A stretch of 64,000 nt of DNA from a virus. Its lineage: Duplodnaviria; Caudoviricetes. The notes under the pieces were generated by a model that had not been told where the DNA came from, made no database searches, and worked only from the letters and a program-made list of their open reading frames with translations. The stretch lies in IMG/VR virus record IMGVR_UViG_3300028833_000061, positions 32,001 through 96,000 of that record; one strand, 5' to 3'. Position 1 is the first letter of the stretch. Each line of letters begins with the position of its first letter. Shown here piece after piece: positions 43,825 to 53,416 of the stretch. Made by a program: the position numbers and the translations under genes.

Positions 43825-44457
43825 TTAGTTCTTGTGGGTTGCGGGCGTAACGTAGTACTTCGTTCCGTCCTTCATTGTTATGCTTGTTATGGCTCCACCA
43901 TTTCCAGGCACCCTTGTATAAGACTGCCCTGTCTTGTCTTTTTGCGTCTCGTTCCACCGCTTGACCATTTCTTCGCGTACCTGCATGTTGTACTTGAACT
44001 GGTTGACCATGGTAGGAATACCGTCCTTCACCTCGACGATAGCGGTGGTTGCATACTCATCAGGAGGCTCGCACAACGTAGACGCAATTATGTCATATCT
44101 TGCGCCAGTCTCCTTGTCGATGAAGTTTTCGACCTCGAGACTTCTCCAGGTCGGACGGTTTCTGTCCTCTGCATTCTTCTTCGTGTCGCCAACGAACTCG
44201 GCGTGATCCTTTATTCGCTCGTACTCCTCGCGCATCAACGCAAGAGCGCTGGAGTGGCTTCTGAAGCATCCGATTATAAACGGATGCTGGTCCTTGCCTG
44301 TGACCGTTACGACGTACTTGGAACCGCGGTATCCATTCTCGGATCCAATCATACTGCATTCGTCTTCAGGGTCACCTAGCTTGATCTCGCCGTCCATGGC
44401 CATCATCTGCTGGAATGTCTTTGCGTCATCCAGCAAGGCTTGGACACCGGTGGCCAT
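43825..44457 (-). CDS. hypothetical protein
   Basis: 210 aa ORF in the chain. Confidence 0.65.
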   Translation of the reverse strand: MATGVQALLDDAKTFQQMMAMDGEIKLGDPEDECSMIGSENGYRGSKYVVTVTGKDQHPFIIGCFRSHSSALALMREEYERIKDHAEFVGDTKKNAEDRNRPTWRSLEVENFIDKETGARYDIIASTLCEPPDEYATTAIVEVKDGIPTMVNQFKYNMQVREEMVKRWNETQKDKTGQSYTRVPGNGGAITSITMKDGTKYYVTPATHKN

Positions 44458-45233
44458 TATTGCTTGCTGGTAGGATTGGTATCAGCAGAGTTACGGCAGG
44501 TGATCGTCGGATATGAAGGACTCTCGGGCTGCTGCCACCACGGCTTGTCCGGCTGCACAGACCACGGAGGCGGAGGATACGGAAGCTGGTATGGCACCGG
44601 AACGTACTGTGGAGGCGCAGGAGCCTTGGCAGGAGCATACTCCTCGTCGTCCTTCTTGTCAGCCGTAAGCCCGCGGAGCTGCGCAAGCTCGGACTGGATG
44701 CTGTGCAGCCAGCTCCAGCCGACATGCTTGGGCTTCTTGGTCTTGCGGTCGATGAGGTCTCCCTCCTTGACGAACATGGCATCCTTGAACATAGTCTCGA
44801 TGTTCGCGAGCGAGTTGGCCATCTTCGCCAGAGAAAGCGATATGTTCTCGAGGGCGATCTCCGACAATGTCCTTGTCGTTCCGTTCAGAGCATCTGACAC
44901 CATCCTGACGCTTCTGAACGAACGCTCCTCGCACGTGGTCGCTGTAGGATTGGCCTTCGCCTGCACGAGAATAGGCTTGGCCACGTCCTCCATGTAGTCC
45001 TGGAAGCGCCTGGCAAACTTCTTAACCAGGATCTCGTACGCCAGCTTCGGAAGCTTGTCCTTGTACTTGTCGACGAACTTCTTGGCAAGCTCGATAAGCT
45101 TGTCCTTGATGCTTGCGCGCTTGCCGCTCGAACGAATGGCGATATACTTGTACTGCAGCTGCTTGTACTCGTCTGTGTCCTTAAATTCCTGAACCAGTTT
45201 CAACTGTTCCTTGGTCAGTCCCATCTTGGTCAT
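44457..45233 (-). CDS. hypothetical protein with Pro-rich C-terminus
   Basis: 258 aa; helical N-terminus, PPPQYVPVPYQLPYPPPPW. Confidence 0.65.
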   Translation of the reverse strand: MTKMGLTKEQLKLVQEFKDTDEYKQLQYKYIAIRSSGKRASIKDKLIELAKKFVDKYKDKLPKLAYEILVKKFARRFQDYMEDVAKPILVQAKANPTATTCEERSFRSVRMVSDALNGTTRTLSEIALENISLSLAKMANSLANIETMFKDAMFVKEGDLIDRKTKKPKHVGWSWLHSIQSELAQLRGLTADKKDDEEYAPAKAPAPPQYVPVPYQLPYPPPPWSVQPDKPWWQQPESPSYPTITCRNSADTNPTSKQ

Positions 45234-45249
45234 TTTCTGTTTCCTGTAT

Positions 45250-48015
45250 CTAGTGTTTCATTTTCTCTCCCCAACGCGTGTATATATCCGTGTCGGAGTC
45301 AAGTCTGAATGTTCTTCCCGTCTTATATATCGGGATGTCTATCTCTGACATAGCCCAGTGCATCGCTTCCTTGGTAACGTCGATTTCATCGATCGGCACC
45401 TCGAGCATCAATGCATCGTGGATCTGGTTCTGGAGCTTGAATCTAAGCCCAAGCTCCTTTCTTCTGTTAAGCAGTCTCTCGGTTGCTATCTGTATCGTGC
45501 CTGACACAAGCGACTGGATGCTGTAGTTCGCACTTTCGCGTTCGTATGCCGCATTCCGTTCGCCAGGCCTGACAGGCGTCCACTTTCGCATTCCCCAGGC
45601 GTTCTCAATATAGCCTTTCTCGTACACGCTCTGCTTCCACTCCTCAAGAGTGTTCCACGCGACAGGGAACGAGCGTGTCTTCCATGCGTCAAGGACGTTC
45701 TGCATCTCTGCGGTGATTACATCCAACGGCCTCTCGTCTCTTGTCGACGACTTTATTTTTATAGCCAGTGCAGCCGCGCCGATTCCATACATGATCGAAA
45801 AGTTAGTCGTCTTTGCGGCAAGCCTCGGGCCGTTCTTCATCTGTGCGTGGGTCATGCACAGCCCGTGCTCGTTCTTGTATGTAAGGCTCTTCTGGAAGTT
45901 TTCGAACTCTTCGCAGGTATCTGAGCCAAGCTCCGAGGCATATTTGCAGATGTCGTCCATCGTCCATTCCTTGCCGTCTGGATCAAACATATGCAGGTGG
46001 AACGAGTCTACGGCAACCATTGTGTGCATGTCTGTTCCAAGGGTGTGCAAGGCCTTCAACAGATTAGGATCACCGGATAGGTTTCCTAGGACATGCAGTT
46101 CGGCAGTCGAATAATCCGTTTCCATCATGACCCATCCGTCTGGCGGCTTTACAAACGACCGCATCGACGGTGGCGGTGGATCTGGCGCGAAGATCTCGGC
46201 CATTGCGGCGTCGGCCTTCTTGCTAAAGTTCTGGACGTTTGGATCAGACGACGACAGCCTCCCCGTGGCAAGAAGCATTGAATATCTCGTATGGATCCTG
46301 CCATCCGGCCATACATAGCTCTTCAGTCCGCCTTTTCCGTGTTCGTCCGGCATCTGGAACAGATCGCACGGCTTCGACACCCTGCGATATCTCAGAAGCA
46401 GCCCTACTATCGGATGGGCGAATTCAAGCATCGTCAGGGAATCCTTGTCGGTGGACGCCTGCACAGATCCGCTGTCGTCATCCATGGCCATGTTCGCCAT
46501 GGCGTCTGCCCACGACTTCTTGTTCGTAGCCTTTATAGGTGTAAGTCCGCACTTGTCGAACAGCAACGTCCTGATGTGTGCAGAGCTGTTTACGTTGATG
46601 TCAGGCATTCCGAGGTTGGCGCAGGCTGTAGTCAGCTTTCCGAGGGCGTCTGCGCGGATATTCTGATACGCATCGACAAGTTCCTTGAATCTTTCCTCGT
46701 CGAACGGGAGGCCAGTGATCTCCATCTCCATCACCGACAAGGCCGTGGCCATAGTCGTGTGGAACAGCGACGGATACTCGCCTTTCACTCCTCTTGGGTC
46801 TAGCGCGCCTCTCTCCTGCAGCAACGGCAGCTGCTTCTCCATGATTCGATCAAGGACACAGACGTCATACGCACCATACGGCAGCAGTATTTCGTCAGGC
46901 ATGTTTCCATAGCCGTTGCTGTCTACGTCCGCCTTGTGCTCTTTGGCCCACTTGTCCGATGCTATGCAATACCTACCGAAATCGGTATATTTCATGGACA
47001 GGTCGTCGAGACCGAACGGGCCGATGTTCTTCAAGATGAATTCGGCCAGCATCGTATCGTAGAAGATCCGCGGACGTATGTCGATTCCGTACGACAAAAG
47101 CCATTCCGCGTCCGCTATGATGTTGTGGCCTACGATGTCGACGCGCTCGTCTTCCAGCAGCAGCTTCAGCTCGTCGAGCATCTTGTTGTAGCACGAGACG
47201 TGCCTGCCTCCCTCGTGGGTCAGCTGCACGACAACGGCCTTGTCCCTGGCATACGAAAACTGGATCGTCCTGAAATAGCGGTTCGGATCCTGCCAGTTCT
47301 TTCCGCCCCACTCCGAGTCAAGGAACAGAGGAACGTTCTTCTGGTTTTCGAACAGAATTTCGCGGAACGCCTTTATCTCGTCTGCCGACGTGAAGTACAT
47401 TACATCGACTTCCGGCACCTTCCTTGGCGTCCCGTCGAGATAGTTTATCGCCTCCTTCAGGTCGCGATGGAACGCATCGTCATATTCTGGATGCTTCTCG
47501 ACCTGGTCGAGGCTGAACACACCTAGAAGCTTTCTTGTCTTTCCAGCTATTTCCTTGTCTATTAGCTCGCCTCTGGATATGTCGAAATAGCCCTTGGCTC
47601 CGTACATGTTCTCGAAAGGATACGCCCCCAGGCAGATTATGATCTCAGGATCTACTTCCGCTATCTCCTCTTCAAGGAACAGCGAGCACTCCTTCGTCAT
47701 GTCGGCCTTTGGCTTCTCGCCTTTCTTCAGCGAGTACTTGAGCACATTCGTATAATACGTGCATCCTTTCGGGAAGCCTATCAGCCCAAGGTGTTCATAC
47801 AGAAAGTCAGCCTGCGAGTTGTACACGTCGCCGTTAGGAGCCTTCTGCAGGAACACCTTGCCGTGAACGACCTCGTTGTGGGTCGGAGCGGACCCGACGA
47901 TCATGCACCTGGCATGCGCCGGGCCGCGCCCGTTTACCCACATCCTGCTTCCTATCTGGAGCCTGTCTCCTTGGAAGCGGTGTGGTCTGTCGTCAATCTT
48001 TGGAATCTTCGCCAT
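45250..48015 (-). CDS. polA: DNA polymerase family A with 3'-5' exonuclease and N-terminal uracil-DNA-glycosylase-like domain
   Basis: exo LDSEW, HNIIAD, YGAYD; TGRLSSSDPNVQN; motif A DYSTAELHVL; motif B RLAAKTTNFSIMYG; motif C IHDAL; N-terminal MIVGSAP...TNVLK...EEEIAEVDPEIIICLG. Confidence 0.93.
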   Translation of the reverse strand: MAKIPKIDDRPHRFQGDRLQIGSRMWVNGRGPAHARCMIVGSAPTHNEVVHGKVFLQKAPNGDVYNSQADFLYEHLGLIGFPKGCTYYTNVLKYSLKKGEKPKADMTKECSLFLEEEIAEVDPEIIICLGAYPFENMYGAKGYFDISRGELIDKEIAGKTRKLLGVFSLDQVEKHPEYDDAFHRDLKEAINYLDGTPRKVPEVDVMYFTSADEIKAFREILFENQKNVPLFLDSEWGGKNWQDPNRYFRTIQFSYARDKAVVVQLTHEGGRHVSCYNKMLDELKLLLEDERVDIVGHNIIADAEWLLSYGIDIRPRIFYDTMLAEFILKNIGPFGLDDLSMKYTDFGRYCIASDKWAKEHKADVDSNGYGNMPDEILLPYGAYDVCVLDRIMEKQLPLLQERGALDPRGVKGEYPSLFHTTMATALSVMEMEITGLPFDEERFKELVDAYQNIRADALGKLTTACANLGMPDINVNSSAHIRTLLFDKCGLTPIKATNKKSWADAMANMAMDDDSGSVQASTDKDSLTMLEFAHPIVGLLLRYRRVSKPCDLFQMPDEHGKGGLKSYVWPDGRIHTRYSMLLATGRLSSSDPNVQNFSKKADAAMAEIFAPDPPPPSMRSFVKPPDGWVMMETDYSTAELHVLGNLSGDPNLLKALHTLGTDMHTMVAVDSFHLHMFDPDGKEWTMDDICKYASELGSDTCEEFENFQKSLTYKNEHGLCMTHAQMKNGPRLAAKTTNFSIMYGIGAAALAIKIKSSTRDERPLDVITAEMQNVLDAWKTRSFPVAWNTLEEWKQSVYEKGYIENAWGMRKWTPVRPGERNAAYERESANYSIQSLVSGTIQIATERLLNRRKELGLRFKLQNQIHDALMLEVPIDEIDVTKEAMHWAMSEIDIPIYKTGRTFRLDSDTDIYTRWGEKMKH

Positions 48016-48736
48016 CTGGAAGCTCCGCTTTCACATGGCACGGATTCGTCTCATAATCGTCTGCCCACGGATACGAATCCCAGCCGTACCAGATATCGAT
48101 GTTCGGGCTGAACAGGATGTCGATGTCAGACAGCTTCTCTGCATTCTTGCAAATGCATAGACGAGGCTCGTCCTTCTTCGACTCGTCATAGTCCCATGAG
48201 CCTGGCTGACGAAGGCGATAGTCGATCACGTGATCCCCAACAGTGTCAGGGCCATCCTCTACGACCTGGTGGTCGATCTCGAACACCATATGCGCCTTCT
48301 TCGTATACGGCGTGTCCTTGGTTACCTCGGGCTTGTCCTCAGGATCCATATCCTCGTCCTCGCCATCCCACTCATAGCACTCGGAATAGTCGAATCCGTC
48401 GACATGGACTCCTTCGTCCTCGAGCAGGCTGCAGACTTGCTCCTCCCACATCTTCATGTCCGGGTCGTTCTCGACGTCGCCTGGACGAAGATCCGGCTCC
48501 CAGCAACCGAACTTGTTTGCGATCCTGAGTACGGTAAGATACTGCAGCTTGTCGTAGAACGTGTCTGGACCGTAGTTCCAGTCAGCCCTGTCAAAGTTGA
48601 ATCTGATCTTGCCACGCCTGATGCAGCCGCTAAGTTTGAAATACTCCTTGCGGCTGATCTTGCGCGGCGAAACAGACACTGCGTGCGTCGAGGACGAATT
48701 TGTCTCGAACACGCCTTCTCTTTTCACTTTTGGCAT
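47993..48736 (-). CDS. FETNSSS-motif protein 1
   Basis: MPKVKREGVFETNSSSTHAVSV. Confidence 0.8.
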   Translation of the reverse strand: MPKVKREGVFETNSSSTHAVSVSPRKISRKEYFKLSGCIRRGKIRFNFDRADWNYGPDTFYDKLQYLTVLRIANKFGCWEPDLRPGDVENDPDMKMWEEQVCSLLEDEGVHVDGFDYSECYEWDGEDEDMDPEDKPEVTKDTPYTKKAHMVFEIDHQVVEDGPDTVGDHVIDYRLRQPGSWDYDESKKDEPRLCICKNAEKLSDIDILFSPNIDIWYGWDSYPWADDYETNPCHVKAELPDGEDSKD

Positions 48737-48746
48737 TGTTTTTCTC

Positions 48747-49334
48747 CTATTGCGGTAAAACCGAAATCACGACATTAGGATTGTCGAGAAGATCGTACGC
48801 CGACAGCCGTTCCGTCATGTCGTCGAACGGAACACCGATATCGAAGTCCACTGACAGATACAGCTTCTTGTTCTTGCGGTTGAACGCGCTGGCTGCGTCT
48901 ATGTGAGCCCACTTGTACAGAGGGCCGGACGGCTCTTTGAATATCTTTGTCCAGCCCTTCTCGCTTTTCAAGTCGCGATCGAGCTTGCCGGCTCTCGACA
49001 GAACGCTGTTTGCGCTGTTCTCGATCATGCGGAATTCGCGCGTACGTTTAAACTCGTCTATATAATCCGTGACGTCATCATCGTACTTCTCCTGCTTGTA
49101 CATGAACCTGTCCATCGCGGCTTGGATGAGATACGCGACCTTTTCTCCGAATCCGGTGATCTTCGTCTCCTTGTTCAATATGACGACAGGCTTGACCTTG
49201 AGAACGTTGTTCTTGATCTTGATGTCTCTGAAGTAGTCGTCTGGCCACTGCTTCCTCGGATGATAGCCCTTGATGGAAAGGCTGTGCATCGACGACGAAT
49301 TCGTTTCAAAGACGTTGTGGCGTTCTACTTTCAT
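48747..49334 (-). CDS. FETNSSS-motif protein 2
   Basis: MKVERHNVFETNSSSMHSLSI. Confidence 0.8.
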   Translation of the reverse strand: MKVERHNVFETNSSSMHSLSIKGYHPRKQWPDDYFRDIKIKNNVLKVKPVVILNKETKITGFGEKVAYLIQAAMDRFMYKQEKYDDDVTDYIDEFKRTREFRMIENSANSVLSRAGKLDRDLKSEKGWTKIFKEPSGPLYKWAHIDAASAFNRKNKKLYLSVDFDIGVPFDDMTERLSAYDLLDNPNVVISVLPQ

Positions 49335-49663
49335 TATTCGTATCCGTATGCGCAGAGTATGTGAATCTTATCGCCGTGTTCAGAAGTATACTCGTGCTCA
49401 TCCTGCTCAAGGTCCTCATACCACGCATCCATATTGAACCAGCCTTCGCTGCACAGCGGCCATACGGCCCCGTGCTCGATGTCGTCCTTAAAGTAGTCTG
49501 GAAGCAGCTTTATCGCCTCTTCCTTCGTCTTGATTCCGTGGTCCTTGTGGTACCATAGATTCCTGTCTTCCTTCAGTTTCTTGAAGTCCGCATCCGAAAG
49601 AATCGCTATCGCATGCGTAGACGAGGAGTTTGTTTCAAACACGCCATGCCTAGTTGTTTTCAT
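49334..49663 (-). CDS. FETNSSS-motif protein 3
   Basis: MKTTRHGVFETNSSSTHAIAI. Confidence 0.8.
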   Translation of the reverse strand: MKTTRHGVFETNSSSTHAIAILSDADFKKLKEDRNLWYHKDHGIKTKEEAIKLLPDYFKDDIEHGAVWPLCSEGWFNMDAWYEDLEQDEHEYTSEHGDKIHILCAYGYE

Positions 49664-50285
49664 GTTCTTCTCCGTAGAGTTTGTTGTAGTACGGGAGCTG
49701 CTTCACCCAGTCACAGAAGGTGTGCCACTCAGACAGCTTGTGAGTCTTTCTCGCCTCGTACATGTGATGCAGCACCTGATAGTTGCCCATCCATGTCGCC
49801 TTCTGGTTGTACGAAGATGGCAGCATCTGGACGATGTCTCGCCACATCGACTCCTTAAGGTCTGGAAGGTCCTCCTTCAGACACAGGTCTCGCATGAGGT
49901 TCAGCTCGTCGATCATGTCCCTGAAATAACGATAGCCGTATGACGTGCCGTCCCTGCTGAAGTCGTCGATAGTAAATGGCTTCTTCAACAGCGTGTGCAT
50001 GGTCGAGCAGCTGTTCCTTACTGTGCCTATTTTGTAGGTATCTGCCTCTTTCCACCAATACATCGGTGCTGTGATATCGGCATACACAACGATCATGCGA
50101 GTCAGCTTGCCGTGGTCGTCTCCGGCCTGTGCAAGCTTCATTGCAAGCTCAAGGTCCTTCTTGCCTGGAGTGAAAACTCCGTCTTCGTTTTTCGAATCTG
50201 ACAAGTGCCACGAATTCAACGGGTTGCGCATTGCGCGCAAGGCCTCCTTGAGTCCGTAAACACTCGTGTTTTCAATTTTGATCAT
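49650..50285 (-). CDS. ThyX-like (flavin-dependent thymidylate synthase fold) phage protein
   Basis: AMRNPLNSW...ITAPMYWWKEADTYK...SCSTMH...LPSSYNQ...RKTHKLSEW; canonical RHR motif absent. Confidence 0.6.
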   Translation of the reverse strand: MIKIENTSVYGLKEALRAMRNPLNSWHLSDSKNEDGVFTPGKKDLELAMKLAQAGDDHGKLTRMIVVYADITAPMYWWKEADTYKIGTVRNSCSTMHTLLKKPFTIDDFSRDGTSYGYRYFRDMIDELNLMRDLCLKEDLPDLKESMWRDIVQMLPSSYNQKATWMGNYQVLHHMYEARKTHKLSEWHTFCDWVKQLPYYNKLYGEEHENN

Positions 50286-50952
50286 CGCCTGTCAGTACCT
50301 TCGCTACGTTTTCTTCGAATATCTTTCCCCAGTGATCCTCGAACTTGTTGGATTCCGGCAGGAACTTTCCATCATACTCGGACTGTCCGTCAAGCTCGAT
50401 GATGTACGAACGGGGATCTTCCAGGAATCTCTCGATGTTCTCCCGCTCGCGCAGATTGAACTTGTCGAGGAAGTCTGTCCGAATCCAGCAGTTGGTGTGG
50501 ATGAGCTGTATCTGCTCTGGTGGATCCTTGCTGATGCTGTCCTTGGGCTCGTTGTACAGCATCCTGATGTGGCTCGGGATTATACCAGAAACCTCGTAGC
50601 CGTGGCGCGCCATGACGTTCCTGACCGCCAGCTCGATCACAGGAAACATGGAAAACGGATAGTCTCCGAACACCTGCTCGGGCATGTACCAGTTGTCGTA
50701 CCACTTGCCGTACTTGTCCCAGAAGCTGTCCGCTGCCGTGGCAAGCAGCACGCGAACCTTGTCGTAGAACGAATATATCTCGTTCGGCATGTCGAAATCA
50801 TCGATCTCGAAGTTATTATACTTTCTGACATGCGTATACGCCTCCTTGAAGTACATGTCGTTCAGCACGAAGTGCTTGTCACCGTTGTACAGGGCCAGCA
50901 CGTGCGTCGACGACGAATTCGTCTCAAATACGCCTCGTCTAGTTGTTTTCAT
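50272..50952 (-). CDS. FETNSSS-motif protein 4
   Basis: MKTTRRGVFETNSSSTHVLAL. Confidence 0.8.
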   Translation of the reverse strand: MKTTRRGVFETNSSSTHVLALYNGDKHFVLNDMYFKEAYTHVRKYNNFEIDDFDMPNEIYSFYDKVRVLLATAADSFWDKYGKWYDNWYMPEQVFGDYPFSMFPVIELAVRNVMARHGYEVSGIIPSHIRMLYNEPKDSISKDPPEQIQLIHTNCWIRTDFLDKFNLRERENIERFLEDPRSYIIELDGQSEYDGKFLPESNKFEDHWGKIFEENVAKVLTGDDQN

Positions 50953-51499
50953 GCTTTCTTATTATCGTTATGTCGCTGCACAGCGTGCAGTACTCGATGT
51001 CTCCGAAAGATTTGCAGTTCTTGTTCCAGAACCACTCGAACTCAACCTCGTCGCCAGGCTCGATGTCTTGATTTATATACTTTCGCGTTATGAACATCTG
51101 CCCGGTCCAGGCGCGTATCCACTGGCGCTTCGTTCCATATCTGGTACGAATGTTGCACGACGTTATCGTACCGCGAAACTTTCTTCTATCTATAACCGGA
51201 GTATCCGGGGCCTTTGGAGGCTCGTACTCCTTAAGGCCTTCTGGACCTCCTACGACTACGCACCCGAGAATGATTCTTTCGTGGTTTCCGCTTACCGTGT
51301 ACGCGCTTACGGTCTGCCCTTTCTTTATGTCCCTGTTTATACTGAGACATGTCGATATTAGATCGGACAGACCCTTAAGCTTGATCGACTGCTTCGCCTT
51401 CCCGGCCACAGTACCGTACACCTCGCTCCACTCCACTACGCCCGTTGTTACAACGACGTCCTTGGAGTGGAACGAGCCTACGACGTCGCCAGCCTTCAT
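50939..51499 (-). CDS. hypothetical beta-rich protein (possible tandem OB folds)
   Basis: DIKKGQTVSA and DIEPGDEVEFE repeats. Confidence 0.55.
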   Translation of the reverse strand: MKAGDVVGSFHSKDVVVTTGVVEWSEVYGTVAGKAKQSIKLKGLSDLISTCLSINRDIKKGQTVSAYTVSGNHERIILGCVVVGGPEGLKEYEPPKAPDTPVIDRRKFRGTITSCNIRTRYGTKRQWIRAWTGQMFITRKYINQDIEPGDEVEFEWFWNKNCKSFGDIEYCTLCSDITIIRKHENN

Positions 51500-52389
51500 C
51501 GCAGCGACCTGTACATTGCCGTGACGGAGACCGGTTTGGTCGGATCATAGAACGTGAGAACGTCCGTAAGCGAATTGCGTGCATAGGCATGCGCCACGGC
51601 ATCGACGTACATCGACGCAGAAGTCATGGTACCGTCCACTCCATCGTCGCCCATATACATTGACAGCCATGCCTGCGGCTCCATCATGTCCTTGACGCCG
51701 AGCTGGTTGAGGGCCAGATTGTCGAAAGACAGGACCTTGCATGGCAACTTACCTGTGACGATGTGCCTGACGACTTCCTTGAGCGTGGACATGTCCGGGA
51801 TCTCGTCCTTCTTTGCACGGCCCATGTTCTTGTAGCCAAGCAGCAGGATCTTCGCTCCGCTCGTCGCATACTCCACGACAGCCTTCGGAGGAACGATTCC
51901 TGCGATCAGGTGAAGAACCGTGTTGTCCGTCATCTTTTCGACGATCTCCGCATCGAAGTGATCGATCGACACTCCGATTCCGAACAGCTTCTTGTCGTTG
52001 ACGTACTTCATCAGGCGATCGTGGTACTTCAGGAAGTGCGTCCAGTGGACCGTTATGTTGGCCAGCAGTTCGTTGTCCGAGCACAGGTCCAGGATGCGAT
52101 CGAGGTCTGGATGCTCGATCGGAGATCCTCCGCCAAGCGCGACCTCGGTCCACGGCATCATCGTATCCACGACTGCACGCACGTCCTCATAGCTTGCGTG
52201 CTTTCCTGCAGGAGTGCAATTGCGATAGCAGAACGGACAGCCGACGCCGCACGCGTCGGTGATGTTCAGATCGATCGACTCAGGGAAGTCGGCAATGAAA
52301 ACAGGCTCTTCCCCGGAATCGCGGATCTTCGTTCCGTCAGTATCGTCTATGGAAACCTTGTAGTTTCCGTTCTGATACTCGTGCGTCAT
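51496..52389 (-). CDS. radical SAM protein
   Basis: CGVGCPFC (CxxxCxxC), EVALGGGSP. Confidence 0.92.
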   Translation of the reverse strand: MTHEYQNGNYKVSIDDTDGTKIRDSGEEPVFIADFPESIDLNITDACGVGCPFCYRNCTPAGKHASYEDVRAVVDTMMPWTEVALGGGSPIEHPDLDRILDLCSDNELLANITVHWTHFLKYHDRLMKYVNDKKLFGIGVSIDHFDAEIVEKMTDNTVLHLIAGIVPPKAVVEYATSGAKILLLGYKNMGRAKKDEIPDMSTLKEVVRHIVTGKLPCKVLSFDNLALNQLGVKDMMEPQAWLSMYMGDDGVDGTMTSASMYVDAVAHAYARNSLTDVLTFYDPTKPVSVTAMYRSLR

Positions 52390-52787
52390 AGCTTTTCAAG
52401 CTCCTTGACGCGATGAACCAGCATGGCGGTCTTGCGCTCGGCGGCGATGACGGTCTGCTCGTCGAACGGAAGCTTTCCGCTTCCGCTGCCGTACCATTTG
52501 ACCACCTCCCAGTTGGCACCGACGATATAGGTTCCGTTGTCGCCATTGTCGGTGTCGAGGTGCTTCAGGTCACCGACTCCGATTCCGCTGTCCTTGGCAA
52601 GTCCGAGGTCGAACGCAATAAGTCCGCACAGTCTTGCCACCGCGTATTCTGGATCGTCTTCCGGGTCGCGATAGCCAAGCGCCTTTGCGGCCCCAATATA
52701 GCCAAGCACCGTGGCTGGATCTCCGTTCCAGTGGACGTAGATACCGGTATCGCAGTCATTCAATCCGATTACTGCTCTGTCTCCCAT
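52386..52787 (-). CDS. conserved phage hypothetical protein
   Basis: MGDRAVI...IYVHWNG...DNGTY. Confidence 0.7.
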   Translation of the reverse strand: MGDRAVIGLNDCDTGIYVHWNGDPATVLGYIGAAKALGYRDPEDDPEYAVARLCGLIAFDLGLAKDSGIGVGDLKHLDTDNGDNGTYIVGANWEVVKWYGSGSGKLPFDEQTVIAAERKTAMLVHRVKELEKL

Positions 52788-53416
52788 TATTCGTAGCTCC
52801 AGTCCTTCTCAGCATGGATCATGAATTCGATCTGCGTGTTGAAGATTAGGGTTATCATTTCATCGACGGACGCGTTCATAATCTCGAAATACTCGGTCCT
52901 GGCCTCCGGTCCGACGTACACCAGATTGCTCTGGCGTATAATCTTGCGGATTTCAGGCTCGTCGTGTCCGTCATGCCACTTTGGATTCCAAATCTGGTTT
53001 CCGTTGGAGTCGGCCTTGCCCATGGCGCAAGCCGGAAACTGCGCGCGCCCGAGGACTACTCTCCTGAGCGGCACGTCCTTTCCATCCTTGTGCGCGATAG
53101 CAAGCGACTCGTTGATCTTGTCGAACAGCGTCTTGAAGTCGACGAACTGCATAAGCTCGGCAGGAGTAGCATGGAACAGATGCTCATAGTTGCTGTATCC
53201 GAACAGGCTTGTCTTGCAGTCGTTCGCATACAGCGCCAACGCCGTCTTGATCTTGTCAGGCAGCGATATCGCCCATCCGTCATCCATGTCCAGCGACAGG
53301 TCTCCGATCCAGAAGTCTTTGGCCTTGGACCTGCGAAGCTGCTCGTAGATGCAGGCGGGATTGCTCTTCTTGCTGCGCTTTCTGAAAATCTCGAGAATGT
53401 ATCTCTCCTCGTCCAT
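52787..53416 (-). CDS. hypothetical protein
   Basis: start MDEERY coupled to the upstream stop. Confidence 0.65.
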   Translation of the reverse strand: MDEERYILEIFRKRSKKSNPACIYEQLRRSKAKDFWIGDLSLDMDDGWAISLPDKIKTALALYANDCKTSLFGYSNYEHLFHATPAELMQFVDFKTLFDKINESLAIAHKDGKDVPLRRVVLGRAQFPACAMGKADSNGNQIWNPKWHDGHDEPEIRKIIRQSNLVYVGPEARTEYFEIMNASVDEMITLIFNTQIEFMIHAEKDWSYE

